From: an uncultured Verrucomicrobiae bacterium
GTDB lineage: Bacteria > Chlamydiota > Chlamydiia > Chlamydiales > Rhabdochlamydiaceae
DNA length: 64,000 nucleotides
Assembly: GCA_963806855.1 (NCBI GenBank)
Contig: CAWDYW010000003.1
Location: 128,001 to 192,000 of the forward strand
Direction: 5' to 3'
The notes under the pieces were generated by a model. That model had not been told where the DNA came from. It saw only the letters and a program-made list of their open reading frames with translations, and did no database searches. Position numbers and translations under genes: made by a program. Shown in pieces: positions 1 through 9,594 of the stretch (position 1 is its first letter; each line of letters begins with the position of its first letter).

Positions 1-208
1 ACTCCCCTCATTAGTATACGCGGGAGATACAGTTTGTGCAGAATCAACTATTTTGTCGAAACGGGAGTCCAAATCTCGCCCCGAGCAAGGCATCATGGCA
101 GCAACTACAAAATCTTTCAACCAACACGGCGAATTAGTTTGTTCTTACGAGCGGCATTTTTTGGTTTATAAAAAAGGTGTTGGACCTTATAGCGCTGCGG
201 GCTATTAG
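1..208 (+). CDS. MaoC-like dehydratase, 3' part (truncated by window edge); RipB/Ich-like
   Basis: Frame 2 translates as ...LVYAGDTVCAESTILSKRESKSRPEQGIM...FNQHGELVCSYERHFLVYKKG...Y*, a typical MaoC hot-dog C-terminus. The stop is at 206-208, just before the RBS of the next gene. Confidence 0.8.
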   Translation, partial: LPSLVYAGDTVCAESTILSKRESKSRPEQGIMAATTKSFNQHGELVCSYERHFLVYKKGVGPYSAAGY

Positions 209-226
209 AATATACAAGGAGCATTA

Positions 227-1540
227 ATGACTTATCAATCCGAATATCAATCCAAACTAACAACACCTGAGAAAGCTGTTCAGCTTATTCCTTCACGCGG
301 CAATATTTCATTAGGAATGGCTGTCAGTGAACCTCCTGCATTATTGAGTGCGTTAGAAAAAAGTATTCTAGCAGGAAGAATTGATGAATTGCGAGTGTAT
401 TACATGCATTCCGAAGAGCAAATGCATGAGACTATTTTGAAATATGAATACATGGATAGAATAAAACCTCATCCATTTTATATGGGATCTATTGAACGAG
501 ATCTTGTACTTCAAGGGTTAAAAGAGAAAAAAAAGGCAATATTTTATATGCCTGGGAATTTCAGCAGCGTTCCCGCCATATTGGATGAAATAGGAATTGA
601 TGTGTTCTTAGTAACGGTATCGCCTATGGATAAAGCGGGATTTTTTAGCTGCGGAACAAATTCAGATTATACTATCCCAATAGCAAGAAATGCTAAAAAA
701 CTCATCGTGGAAGTCAATCCCAATATGCCCCGAGTGTTTGGAGATTGCTTCTTACATATTTCTGAAATTGATGCCATTGTTGAAAATGAATGCCCTTTAA
801 AAGAAATTCTAGCGAGGCCGACTAATGACTTGGATCGGAAAATAGGGAAATTAATTGTAGAACTGGTACCTGATCGCGCAACAGTGCAATTTGGTGTAGG
901 TGGCGTGCCAAATGCAGTTTGTGAAATGTTATTTGATCATAAAGATTTAGGTGTACATAGCGAATTAATCGGTCCAGGATTAACAAAGCTTATTCAATCA
1001 GGAGCCGTCACGAATAAATATAAAAAAATCCATCCAAATAAAAACGTTTATACTTTAGCTATGGGCGATAAAGAAATGTATGAATTCCTTGATAATAATT
1101 CTAGTATGGAAGCTTATCCGGTTAACTTTGTTAATGATCCTTACATCATCGGCCAAAATGATAATGTCATTTCAATTAACTCATTTTTACAGGTAGATCT
1201 TATGGGGCAAGTCAATGCGGAATTTATGAAAGGACGACAGTATAGTGCCCCAGGAGGACAACTAGATTTTGTTCGTGGTTCGCAACTCTCAAAAGGGGGC
1301 AAGTCTATTTTGACTGCCTATTCTACTGCTGCAAAAGGAAAAATTTCTCGGATCGTACCAAAGCTTGAAGGACCGTCTACGGAATCTCGCGGTGATACAC
1401 AATATATTGTCACAGAATATGGTGTCGTTAACTTACGTGGAAAGTCTACAGCAGAGCGCACTATGGCCCTGATTCAAATTGCCCACCCTGATTTCAGAGA
1501 TGAACTATTACGAGAAGCAAAGGAACTGGGATATATATAG
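227..1540 (+). CDS. Acetyl-CoA hydrolase/4-hydroxybutyrate CoA-transferase family protein (RipA/Ict-like)
   Basis: Motifs EPPALL, VSPMD, EVNPNMPR, LGVHSE, GGQLDFVRG and IAHPDFRDEL; AGGAG RBS; AT-rich DNA. Confidence 0.9.
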   Translation: MTYQSEYQSKLTTPEKAVQLIPSRGNISLGMAVSEPPALLSALEKSILAGRIDELRVYYMHSEEQMHETILKYEYMDRIKPHPFYMGSIERDLVLQGLKEKKKAIFYMPGNFSSVPAILDEIGIDVFLVTVSPMDKAGFFSCGTNSDYTIPIARNAKKLIVEVNPNMPRVFGDCFLHISEIDAIVENECPLKEILARPTNDLDRKIGKLIVELVPDRATVQFGVGGVPNAVCEMLFDHKDLGVHSELIGPGLTKLIQSGAVTNKYKKIHPNKNVYTLAMGDKEMYEFLDNNSSMEAYPVNFVNDPYIIGQNDNVISINSFLQVDLMGQVNAEFMKGRQYSAPGGQLDFVRGSQLSKGGKSILTAYSTAAKGKISRIVPKLEGPSTESRGDTQYIVTEYGVVNLRGKSTAERTMALIQIAHPDFRDELLREAKELGYI

Positions 1541-1547
1541 AAGAATT

Positions 1548-1691
1548 TTAGAAATTGCGGAAGAGATTGGTTTTTGCCAGCTCGATAATCTCGCTGCCCC
1601 TTCCATTCAAGACAGCCTTGGCCATCCAAATATTGAATCCCACGACATCTTTAAGGGTAATTTTCGGCGGCATCGACAGTTCGAATCGAAC
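1548..1691 (-). pseudogene. poxB: Isolated 3' remnant of pyruvate:quinone oxidoreductase (PoxB-like)
   Basis: The minus strand reads VRFELSMPPKITLKDVVGFNIWMAKAVLNGRGSEIIELAKTNLFRNF*, resembling the PoxB C-terminal lipid-binding tail. An in-frame stop lies upstream and the rest of the gene is absent. Confidence 0.75.
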
Positions 1692-1801
1692 ACATTATAT
1701 TTCTCCTCTGCTATCAGAAAGAAAGGGGTAATTATATAGTTGCAAACCATGTATTACAACAGAAGAGGGTATACTGCTCCCCACTAAGACAAAAAGGAGT
1801 C

Positions 1802-1966
1802 TATTAACCCGAGCCCCAAATAGATGACAATATGCGCCAGCGAGGCAAAGCAAAATCGATTCCCCAATCGCAGGACAGTGTTCTCGTACCACGAACTGCA
1901 ATTGGGGAATCGATTTGGCAAAGCCGCAGCAAGCAGATTGTCACCTATTTGGGGCTCGGGTTAATA
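1802..1966. repeat. Palindromic MITE-like element (about 165 bp)
   Basis: Perfect 22-bp terminal IR TATTAACCCGAGCCCCAAATAG/CTATTTGGGGCTCGGGTTAATA, plus an inner IR AAATCGATTCCCCAAT/ATTGGGGAATCGATTT. Confidence 0.9.
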
Positions 1967-2094
1967 AACAGGTGATCTTTAGGATGTTAGAAAGAATAGG
2001 ATTCATTTAACAGATTGATTGTTAAGCATTTAAATTGACTGGCTGGATCTGGATTGCACGGTTTGACAGGAAATAGACAAACAGTATACAATGA

Positions 2095-2160
2095 AGATTG
2101 TTCATCTACCATGTGTAGAAGGAATTTGGGGCCCGTCTAAACAGCGGAGCCCTCTTTTTT
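2095..2160 (-). ncRNA. Candidate structured RNA at the 3' end of the DUF3800 operon
   Basis: Minus strand reads A-tract, GGGCTCCG...CGGGCCC hairpin, then TTCC-TTCTAC-ACATG-GTAGA-TGAA hairpin. DUF3800 loci are known to carry RNA motifs. Confidence 0.4.
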
Positions 2161-2658
2161 TTGTCCTGAAAAACTCTCAAATTCTTTTCTTAGCTTTTCT
2201 CTGCGGCGCGGCTTTTCCAGGTGATATGCTGTTACCAGATCGAAGCCTTTCCGAGTTTCAGCTATCACAACGATGTAGCTGAAATTATCGAGAGCAAAAT
2301 TGATCCTTCGCTGTTTTTGGTTCTTCCATGGACGAGTTGTTTCCCAAATCTCAACTCTCATAGGGTTTACATTTTCAATCATCGGTCTCGGCCAATGAAT
2401 TCTTTCGCAACGTCTTAAATCGGGTATTCTCTCTGACTCCTGGCTCCCCTCAGATACAAGATGCCAAAAAGTTGCCCCTTTTTCTTCATAGGGAGGATGG
2501 TATCTTGCAAAGACAGGAATTTTCTGAAAAGAGGGCTTACTCTCTACGAAATCTTTATGGAAGCACTGATAGACAACATTAATGTAAGCATTCCAATTGC
2601 CTTTGTAATTTTCGAACAAAATCAGCTCGGGGAGCCAAAAGGGGATTTCATCATCCAT
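2137..2658 (-). CDS. Hypothetical protein, DUF3800 partner (possible RelE/PBECR-like nuclease fold)
   Basis: Start at 2658 (MDDEIPFW) overlaps the DUF3800 stop. Conserved-looking FWHLVSEG and RRCERIHWPRPMIE blocks and an LVTAY C-terminal strand. Confidence 0.7.
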   Translation of the reverse strand: MDDEIPFWLPELILFENYKGNWNAYINVVYQCFHKDFVESKPSFQKIPVFARYHPPYEEKGATFWHLVSEGSQESERIPDLRRCERIHWPRPMIENVNPMRVEIWETTRPWKNQKQRRINFALDNFSYIVVIAETRKGFDLVTAYHLEKPRRREKLRKEFESFSGQKKEGSAV

Positions 2659-3361
2659 CGTTGGCCTCACCGGCTTGCCATCGCAGTAGATTGACCTTTC
2701 TTTCCCGAATAAGCGTTGTGCTGGTAAGGCAATATCCTGAAAGCTGCCGCATCTCTTCCACTAGCGCTTTTTTCGCTCCACTCATCGCACCATTCCTGTT
2801 CGCTGCTAACACACATCCAATGAGAAGGTCTGCCAATTGCAACTGCTCGATTTCATGGGAACGAACAGTCTGTACCCGTGCAATGATTTGGCGTTGGAAA
2901 TCATAGGCATTATTACATAGGACATCATGGAGCTTTATTACTTTTTCTCCTGATTTCGAGTCTTTGATATCGAGATAAATGTGATAACGGTCATGGGGAT
3001 TAAGAAGGACTTTAAGCATTTCAAAGTACATTTTGTAGTACCAGGTGTCATGATCATGGTTGAAAGCATCATGACGAAGCTTCAGTTTGTCAGGGATGAT
3101 CAGAGCACGAAAGTAAAGGCTGTTTTCCTCAAAGAAGTAACTTAATACATCCAAATAGAAATCGATCTTTGCAGGAGAAACCTTTGTCCACTTGATTTCA
3201 AAGGTCGGGCTTAAATCGTGTTTTTTCTTAATCGCCTTGATCTGTTTAGCAATGCCCCTTGAAAGGTCATTGGGGCACCAGACAGCTCCCAGGAGCATTA
3301 CTTGCTGCTGGTCATTTTCCAAGTGGCATGATTCATCGCAGTAAATGTTAAAAACTTTCAT
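2651..3361 (-). CDS. DUF3800 domain protein (RNase H-like)
   Basis: N-terminal IYCDESCH, central EIKWTKVS, C-terminal LQLADLLIG. Start is MKVFN at 3361; the longer ORF only reads through the adjacent repeat. Confidence 0.88.
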   Translation of the reverse strand: MKVFNIYCDESCHLENDQQQVMLLGAVWCPNDLSRGIAKQIKAIKKKHDLSPTFEIKWTKVSPAKIDFYLDVLSYFFEENSLYFRALIIPDKLKLRHDAFNHDHDTWYYKMYFEMLKVLLNPHDRYHIYLDIKDSKSGEKVIKLHDVLCNNAYDFQRQIIARVQTVRSHEIEQLQLADLLIGCVLAANRNGAMSGAKKALVEEMRQLSGYCLTSTTLIRERKVNLLRWQAGEANDG

Positions 3362-3397
3362 CTTTTTCTTTAAGGAACTGTTTTCAAATGGCGATTT

Positions 3398-3487
3398 TAT
3401 ACCCCACCTCGCCCAGAAGTGTGCATTTGGACCCGTACGAAAGCTCTCGCGGGTCCAAATGCACACTTTTGGGCGAGGCGGAGTATA
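3398..3487. mobile_element. 86-bp palindromic MITE (family A) flanked by TA
   Basis: TA|TACCCCACCTCGCCCAGAAGTGTGCATTTGGACCCG...CGGGTCCAAATGCACACTTTTGGGCGAGGCGGAGTA|TA. Same length as, and similar to, the copy at 19352-19441. Confidence 0.9.
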
Positions 3488-3601
3488 ACACGAACAGGCA
3501 AAAATGGGAATGAAGAGTTATACCGAAACAACTTGAAGAATCGGTTTCTTCTTTCTTAAAATCCCTTGGAAGCAATCCTGTGCGGGATTAGATTCTGTGT
3601 T

Positions 3602-4684
3602 TCAATTTCCGTATTTAATCCAGATGGGAAGCATGGTATTTAAGTAGTCCATGAACTTCCAAAGGCCCACCCGATATTCTCGATTGCCAAGTGGATCAAA
3701 TTGGGCTTGAGGGTATGCGATTCCAAGGCCAAAAAGACCAGGTGCAATAATACCGGTTGTCTCTTGATAATTAGCGCCTGGGAATTGTTCTAGAACAGGC
3801 GTTTTGCGTCGTTCGAATCCGACTGCATAGACCACCTTATTGCAAAGCGCTAGCACCTCCTCAAATGTCTTATCTGAACTGAGGCAGCGTTTGAGATTTT
3901 GAGGTAGAGTGTCGTCAAGATGTTGCTGAGCCCACTTGGCTGCTGATCCTTTGAGTCCGACGTTATCGAATAGTATCCAATCCCCTAACTCCACCGCATA
4001 AATATGGGGGGAGCGATAGAAGTTATGAACTATTTTAGGTTTTAAGTGCAGCAAATTGGCAAGGACGAGTATCGCAGAGTGTGACGAGCCAAATACCCCT
4101 ACTACATCTTGAGGATCGATCTCTTGGGCCAATTTGGCTGGATTCAATGCGATTTCAAGCGGAATAACCGAGGGATGTGCAAAGGGAAGAAGTTTGGTTT
4201 CTGCACCTATGCACAGGATGACTTTTTTTGCTCGGATCAAAGAGGTCTTAAGTTTTACTTCCCACCATCCTCCCTCAAGGTTAAGAGCTACGGCCTCTCC
4301 TTGGATTGTTCGTACAACAGAAGTGAGATGGTCGGTAACCCATTGCAAAGGGTCGGCGATCTTTTTGAGAAGACATGTATCATCGGGAGGGAGCTCGTTG
4401 ATCGGGAATTTTTCTTTGCATTCTTTATAGCGAAATGAGCGGCAATCATTGAGAAATCGGAGGAATAAATCAACCTTAGTATTGCTTGGAACATTGTGCC
4501 ATTTTTCGCCGAGATCCCCGACCCGAAAAGCGGGGTCTAGCCAACCAATCTGATCTCTTGGGATCTCATGATCGAGTAGCTTTCCAATGGCAGCAATACC
4601 CGCAGGCCCCGCCCCAATTACAAGCCAATCGAAGACTCCACTAGCGATTCCATTGGCAGTTTCTAAGCCAATATTTTTATACAT
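3602..4684 (-). CDS. FAD-dependent pyridine nucleotide-disulfide oxidoreductase family protein
   Basis: VIGAGPAG dinucleotide-binding motif, second GSSHSA motif, YAVGF. Confidence 0.8.
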   Translation of the reverse strand: MYKNIGLETANGIASGVFDWLVIGAGPAGIAAIGKLLDHEIPRDQIGWLDPAFRVGDLGEKWHNVPSNTKVDLFLRFLNDCRSFRYKECKEKFPINELPPDDTCLLKKIADPLQWVTDHLTSVVRTIQGEAVALNLEGGWWEVKLKTSLIRAKKVILCIGAETKLLPFAHPSVIPLEIALNPAKLAQEIDPQDVVGVFGSSHSAILVLANLLHLKPKIVHNFYRSPHIYAVELGDWILFDNVGLKGSAAKWAQQHLDDTLPQNLKRCLSSDKTFEEVLALCNKVVYAVGFERRKTPVLEQFPGANYQETTGIIAPGLFGLGIAYPQAQFDPLGNREYRVGLWKFMDYLNTMLPIWIKYGN

Positions 4685-5432
4685 CCGATGATTCTCCTAA
4701 ATAATCATGAACCACGCGGCCGTAAGGAAGCGTCAGATCGCTGAGAATATGGACGGCAGAGACTATTCGTCTGACGGGTAAGTCTGCAATAGGTGCCATG
4801 GCATGTGCAACGAGCTCCAATTCGGCAGGTCCTTCCCATGCCCCCTTAATCTTAACCTCGGTCAAATAATGAGAAACCAGTTCGCAAATACGGGCTGTTC
4901 CATCGACATGCGGGATGATTTTTAGCAGATAGTTGGGCGTCTCGGTAAAGTCTCTTTCGATCGCTTTCAGATCAGCTGTTTTATACTTATAGCCCATTGT
5001 GCCCAAGGCGATACGGACTCCTTGGTAATACAACTCTCCAATAAGGACATCGCTATCCACCCGCAGAGAGGGTTTGGCCAGCGTTTTGGGAAACCCCCAA
5101 ATTTCTCGGCCTGCAGCGATCGGGGGCTCGCTATCTAAGTACATCGAATGGACATAATTGCCCGGCTTGCCTTCGTAATGGACGGGGATGACTTGCCCCG
5201 ATTCGGTGTAATCCCCAAATCCGCTTGAATCTGGCATTCGGATAAATTCGTATTTAACTAGGGGCTTAGTCACTTCCAATGGCTCTGGCACAACGGCTTT
5301 CAGCTTATCTAAATCCGTTTCATAGGTGATGATGAGAAACTCTCGGTTGATAAATCGGTAAGGCCCAGGTGGATAAGTCGGGCAGCAAAAGGGCATCGCA
5401 AAGGCATTTTTTTTGATCTGATTGATCTTCAC
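4677..5432 (-). CDS. adc: Acetoacetate decarboxylase
   Basis: [36 protein letters not shown] (Schiff-base Lys). Probable GTG start overlapping the bdhA stop (GTGA). Confidence 0.92.
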   Translation of the reverse strand: MKINQIKKNAFAMPFCCPTYPPGPYRFINREFLIITYETDLDKLKAVVPEPLEVTKPLVKYEFIRMPDSSGFGDYTESGQVIPVHYEGKPGNYVHSMYLDSEPPIAAGREIWGFPKTLAKPSLRVDSDVLIGELYYQGVRIALGTMGYKYKTADLKAIERDFTETPNYLLKIIPHVDGTARICELVSHYLTEVKIKGAWEGPAELELVAHAMAPIADLPVRRIVSAVHILSDLTLPYGRVVHDYLGESSDV

Positions 5433-6211
5433 TGCATGCACCATCCATGGCTGACGATCAGCGACTGCCCAGTCAGGGCATTTGAATCGAAAGAGGCAAA
5501 GAAAAAGACCGCGTTAGCTACATCTTCTTCAGTTGTAAATTCTCCATCGACAGTTTCTTTGAGCATCATCTCTTTGATGACCCGCTCCTCGCTTATCCCC
5601 AATGTCTTCGCCTGCTCAGGGATTTGTTTATCGACAAGCGGTGTCCTAACGAATCCAGGGCAGATGAGGTTAGCTCGGACGCCATGTGCAGCACCTTCCT
5701 TAGCAACCACTTTACAAAGACCTTCTAAGCCATGTTTTGCAGTCACATAAGGCCCTTTTAGGACTGAGGCTTCTTTCGAATGGACAGAGCCGATGTAAAT
5801 AATGGTTCCCCCGCGGTTGCCCGAATACATGGAGCGCAGACAAGCCCGAGTGGTTAAGAAGGCTCCATCTAAGTGAACCGCCATCATTTTTTTCCAATCA
5901 CTGAGCTTCAGCTTGTCGATTGGGTCGATATGCTGAATACCTGCATTGCTCACCAAGACATCGATAGGGCCGAGCGTATTTGTGATTTCCTCAATACCCT
6001 GGTCAACTTGAGACTCTTGCGTGACATCCATGGCAACGGAAATCGCCTTCCCGCCATGACGAGTCAGCTCTTCAGCCGCAGCCGCTGCGCGGTTCTTATC
6101 GAGATCGGCAATGACGACCACAGCCCCCTCTTGAAGAAATTTCTCTGCGATCTTTTTCCCGATGCCGCTTGCTGCGCCGGTCACTAGGACTATTTTATTT
6201 GCTAATTTCAT
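5429..6211 (-). CDS. bdhA: 3-hydroxybutyrate dehydrogenase (SDR)
   Basis: [43 protein letters not shown] and terminal SHGW. Confidence 0.92.
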   Translation of the reverse strand: MKLANKIVLVTGAASGIGKKIAEKFLQEGAVVVIADLDKNRAAAAAEELTRHGGKAISVAMDVTQESQVDQGIEEITNTLGPIDVLVSNAGIQHIDPIDKLKLSDWKKMMAVHLDGAFLTTRACLRSMYSGNRGGTIIYIGSVHSKEASVLKGPYVTAKHGLEGLCKVVAKEGAAHGVRANLICPGFVRTPLVDKQIPEQAKTLGISEERVIKEMMLKETVDGEFTTEEDVANAVFFFASFDSNALTGQSLIVSHGWCMQ

Positions 6212-6253
6212 TGTCTTGCATATAAACAAGATTACAAATCTGCACAAGTTGAT

Positions 6254-6682
6254 TTATTGGGCATTAAACTTGGCGGCGAGCATTCCTATGGTGACATAGG
6301 CCAGCAGGTAAAAGACAGCATCGAGCCAGAACATCTCGAGAGGCTTTTTCCCAAAAAGAACTGGTGCAAGGATCGTGGGTAAAATAAACCCCGCCCAAAG
6401 GATCACTCCAATAAGAAAGCCCGAGGCGATCGTTGTGGCCCGGGTGAGATTTAAAAGACATCCCATCGCATAAGCGACGAGCAGTGCGCTGATGAAGGAC
6501 CCGAGATAGACTTGGATTGGGACCCCGTCAGCCTTTTTTTGCATGTGGCTAGTTAAATCTGGCCATAACCTTCCCAGAATCCACCGGCTGTAAATAATCA
6601 GACCAAGCAACATATAAGAGATAATTCCCAGCACAACTCCGATGGGATTGACTTTTAGCCATATATTCATGGGGTCGATCAT
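6254..6682 (-). CDS. DUF1761-like four-TM membrane protein
   Basis: Four hydrophobic segments with a YS..ILG..W pattern. Confidence 0.7.
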   Translation of the reverse strand: MIDPMNIWLKVNPIGVVLGIISYMLLGLIIYSRWILGRLWPDLTSHMQKKADGVPIQVYLGSFISALLVAYAMGCLLNLTRATTIASGFLIGVILWAGFILPTILAPVLFGKKPLEMFWLDAVFYLLAYVTIGMLAAKFNAQ

Positions 6683-6835
6683 AATCTAAAGTTTTAATTT
6701 TGCCATTAAAATTTCATTTTCAAGTAATATAGACGGCATGTCAGATTTGACTATATTAAATCACAAAATTTTCGACGCCTTTAGAAGGGTTTGGCTTTCT
6801 ATTACCTTTCTGATTACTTTATTTAGGAGATTTGC

Positions 6836-7863
6836 ATGCAAAAATGTTGCAGTGTTGTCAGCGCTTCATCAACACGTCTATTCCCTTCTCTACAAGCTAC
6901 AACGCGAGTCGCGATTGATGTTGGATCTAGCGGTATGAAAGTCACTGCTGCTAAAATTAAAGATTGTCGTATAGAAGACATCTGTTTTTCAAAGGCTTAT
7001 CCAGATTCCTTTTAAGCGCGAGTTGATGATTAGCGGCACAACACAATTTAGTGCAGCTATTCAAAAATTAGCCTTGGAAACATTAAAGGCAATAAAACAA
7101 GATGTAATTAAATATCAACCTCAAGAATGGGCTGCTATAGCGACGGCTGCTTTTAGGTCAGCCGAAAATTCATTGGAACTTTTTGACAAATTTCATGAGC
7201 AACTTGGCATTAGTGTTGCTATCATTCCCCAGCAAAGAGAAGGTCGTCTTGGCTTTTTAACTGCTCAGACAGTCACTGGAATTCCAAAAGAAAATCTTAT
7301 TTCTCTTGACTCTGGATTAGGTAGTTTCCAATTGACAACTGAAATTAATGGAGATCTTGAAGTTGTCGAAAGTGAATTTGCTTTTTTGTCAGCTCTTTCT
7401 TCATTAGTAAAAGAGGTTCGTGGCCAAGTTTTAGATCAAACTTCTTCCCCAAATCCTGTTTCACTTGAGGAAGCTAAGGCTCTTATCAGCATAATAAAAA
7501 AACGTATGCCGAAAATTTCATGTGAATTTGCAAGAAAACTATACGATGTGAATTCTCGCCTTGTTGGAATTGGAAATCAAAATTTCATATTTGCCATTGC
7601 AGCTTTAGCAATAGGTAAAGCAACTTATACGAAAAGATGAGTTGTGGGCGGCAATTGAAGCGCATTGCGGTTTGACAGATCGAGAGATGCAAAAATTCTA
7701 TAAACCTGAAGATGCGATTGTTGGTATGATTCTCCTCTACAGTATTATGGATGGCCTCGGAATTGATCAATTGACCTATGCCTTTGCTAACGGCTGCTGT
7801 GAAGGCATGTTAGTAGATCCAAGCTTTTGGCCGATCCAAAAACTAGAACATGATAATAAATAA
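6836..7863 (+). pseudogene. Ppx/GppA-like (ASKHA) phosphatase pseudogene with two frameshifts
   Basis: AGGAGA RBS and ATG at 6836 give ...RVAIDVGSSGMK. A frameshift near 7000 leads into ATAAFR, QQREGRLGF and DSGLGSFQL, and a second near 7635 leads into the 7642..7863 frame. Confidence 0.8.
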
Positions 7864-7886
7864 ATCCTGATACTTGCGTTTGCTGT

Positions 7887-8010
7887 GCCCCGTTACCCTG
7901 ATCGACAGCAAGTGTATTCCGGACATTTCTCAAAATGGTGAAATAGATGTTGAGAAGTAATGCAATACCGAACATCTGGAAAAAAATGGGCCGGTTCCAG
8001 CTCATGAGGC
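7887..8010 (-). pseudogene. Diverged copy of the first 40 codons of the NTT-family gene
   Basis: About 90% identical to 10726-10849; reads MSWNRPIFFQMFGIALLLNIYFTILRNVRNTLAVDQGNGA, then unrelated sequence. Confidence 0.92.
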
Positions 8011-8348
8011 TTTTCCCCAAATAGAACTGGCGCAAGGATCGTGGGTAAAATGAACCCCGCCCAAAGGATCACCCCAATAAGAAAGCCCGAGGCGATCGAT
8101 GTGGCCCGTGTGAGATTTAAAAGACATCCCATCGCATAAGCGATGAGGAATGCGCTGATGAAGGACCCGAGATAGACCTGGATTGGGACCCCTTCAGCCT
8201 TTTTTTGCATGTGGCTTGTTAAATCTGGCCATAACCTTCCCAGAATCTACCGGCTGTAAACAATCAGACCAAGCAGCATATAAGAGATAATTCCGAGCAC
8301 AACACCGATGGGATTGACTTTTAGCCATATATTCATGGGGTCGATCAT
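8006..8348 (-). pseudogene. Truncated second copy of the DUF1761-like gene
   Basis: 8006-8409 duplicates 6340-6743, including the divergent promoter and ATGTCA. It carries a TGG>TAG nonsense change and lacks the 3' end. Confidence 0.92.
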
Positions 8349-8403
8349 AATCTAAAGTTTTAATTTTGCCATTAAAATTTCATTTTCAAGTAATATAGAC
8401 GGC

Positions 8404-9594
8404 ATGTCATATGAGATAGTAATGCCGAGAACAGTTGGTGAGGTGGACTTATTTGCTAAGTATGCTCTAGAGGATTTGGAACAGGCTGAGAAGACGATTC
8501 AGAATTCTCAAGGTCCTGTATTGAACCCTTCTAACCATAGACTTATGCAAAATTGCGCTTTGAAAACCACTCTTCTGGGGTGTCTCGCGCTTCCATCTAT
8601 TACTTTACCGATTTCGGTTAAGGAATCTGCTGGCAAACACGCAGAAACTCTTAGGCAACGATATGTAACTTTTTTAAAGAGCCTGCCAGAATCTTCAATG
8701 CCTAGACCTCAGGTTACTTGTGTCAAAGGACTGGCAGCTTCGAAGCCCTTTCCAGGGGATCGTAAAATCAGTGTATTAAGCTGGAACATCTGCTGTTTGG
8801 GAGGCGGCCTCCCGATGCTTTTTGGAGGAGCCCGCCCCTGGCCTGAGAGAATTAATGGAATTGCAGGTCAAATTCTAGCAAAAAAGGCAGATATCGTTTG
8901 TCTTCAGGAGGTATTTTCTGAGGATGTCACCGATGCGCTTTATGATCGCCTCAAAGATAAATATGCTCACTTCTATCTAAATATCGGCCCAAGAGAATAT
9001 TCATTTGATCTGGAAAAAATTGGGAGGCTTTCTAGCGGCCTTTTTGTTGCGAGTAAATATCCACTTGATAACCCCCGTTTTTATCCTTATGACCTGGCAA
9101 AAAGAGAAACCGAAGCCGTGCGTGGATATGGGATTTTCATGGGAGATCTTTTCAATCGGGTATGTATTGCTACCTCCCATCTTCAACCAGGGGATTCCAA
9201 AGAGGATAGAAAGATAAGAACTAATCAACTTGCAGCAGTATATGGGCAGGCCCCTAATACTCCGACTTGCCTATTTGCGGATACCAATATCAACAATGGA
9301 AGTGATGAATATGAGCAAGAGATAATTCCTCGATTTATCAACCATTACAACCGTTCAGAAAAAGACTGGACCTGTTGCGAACTTAGAGAGGCTTGGCTCC
9401 ATCCAGATCAATACTCAAAAGCTTTGGCAGAGGGATCTCTTCCTTTTCGACATATTGATGCGATTTTAGAAATTAAACGAGATGGGCCTCCGCTCGAAAC
9501 AAAATGTGAAGTGGTTCCAGTAGGAGAATTGGATTGCCCAGAAAAGGCCCTTTCCGATCACCGAGCCCTCTATTCTACAATTAATTTACCTTGA
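8404..9594 (+). CDS. Endonuclease/exonuclease/phosphatase family protein (sphingomyelinase-like)
   Basis: LSWNI, DIVCLQEVF, SSGLFVASKYP, TSHLQ, ADTN and SDH motifs, after a non-catalytic N-terminal extension. Confidence 0.85.
   Translation: MSYEIVMPRTVGEVDLFAKYALEDLEQAEKTIQNSQGPVLNPSNHRLMQNCALKTTLLGCLALPSITLPISVKESAGKHAETLRQRYVTFLKSLPESSMPRPQVTCVKGLAASKPFPGDRKISVLSWNICCLGGGLPMLFGGARPWPERINGIAGQILAKKADIVCLQEVFSEDVTDALYDRLKDKYAHFYLNIGPREYSFDLEKIGRLSSGLFVASKYPLDNPRFYPYDLAKRETEAVRGYGIFMGDLFNRVCIATSHLQPGDSKEDRKIRTNQLAAVYGQAPNTPTCLFADTNINNGSDEYEQEIIPRFINHYNRSEKDWTCCELREAWLHPDQYSKALAEGSLPFRHIDAILEIKRDGPPLETKCEVVPVGELDCPEKALSDHRALYSTINLP

Noticed and set aside
3362..3466. N-terminal extension of the DUF3800 ORF
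   Set aside because: It reads through the MITE; the family starts at MKVFNIYCDES.
6738..6938. 66-aa ORF from the duplicated ATGTCA
   Set aside because: No recognisable features, and it overlaps the Ppx-like pseudogene, which has its own RBS at 6836.
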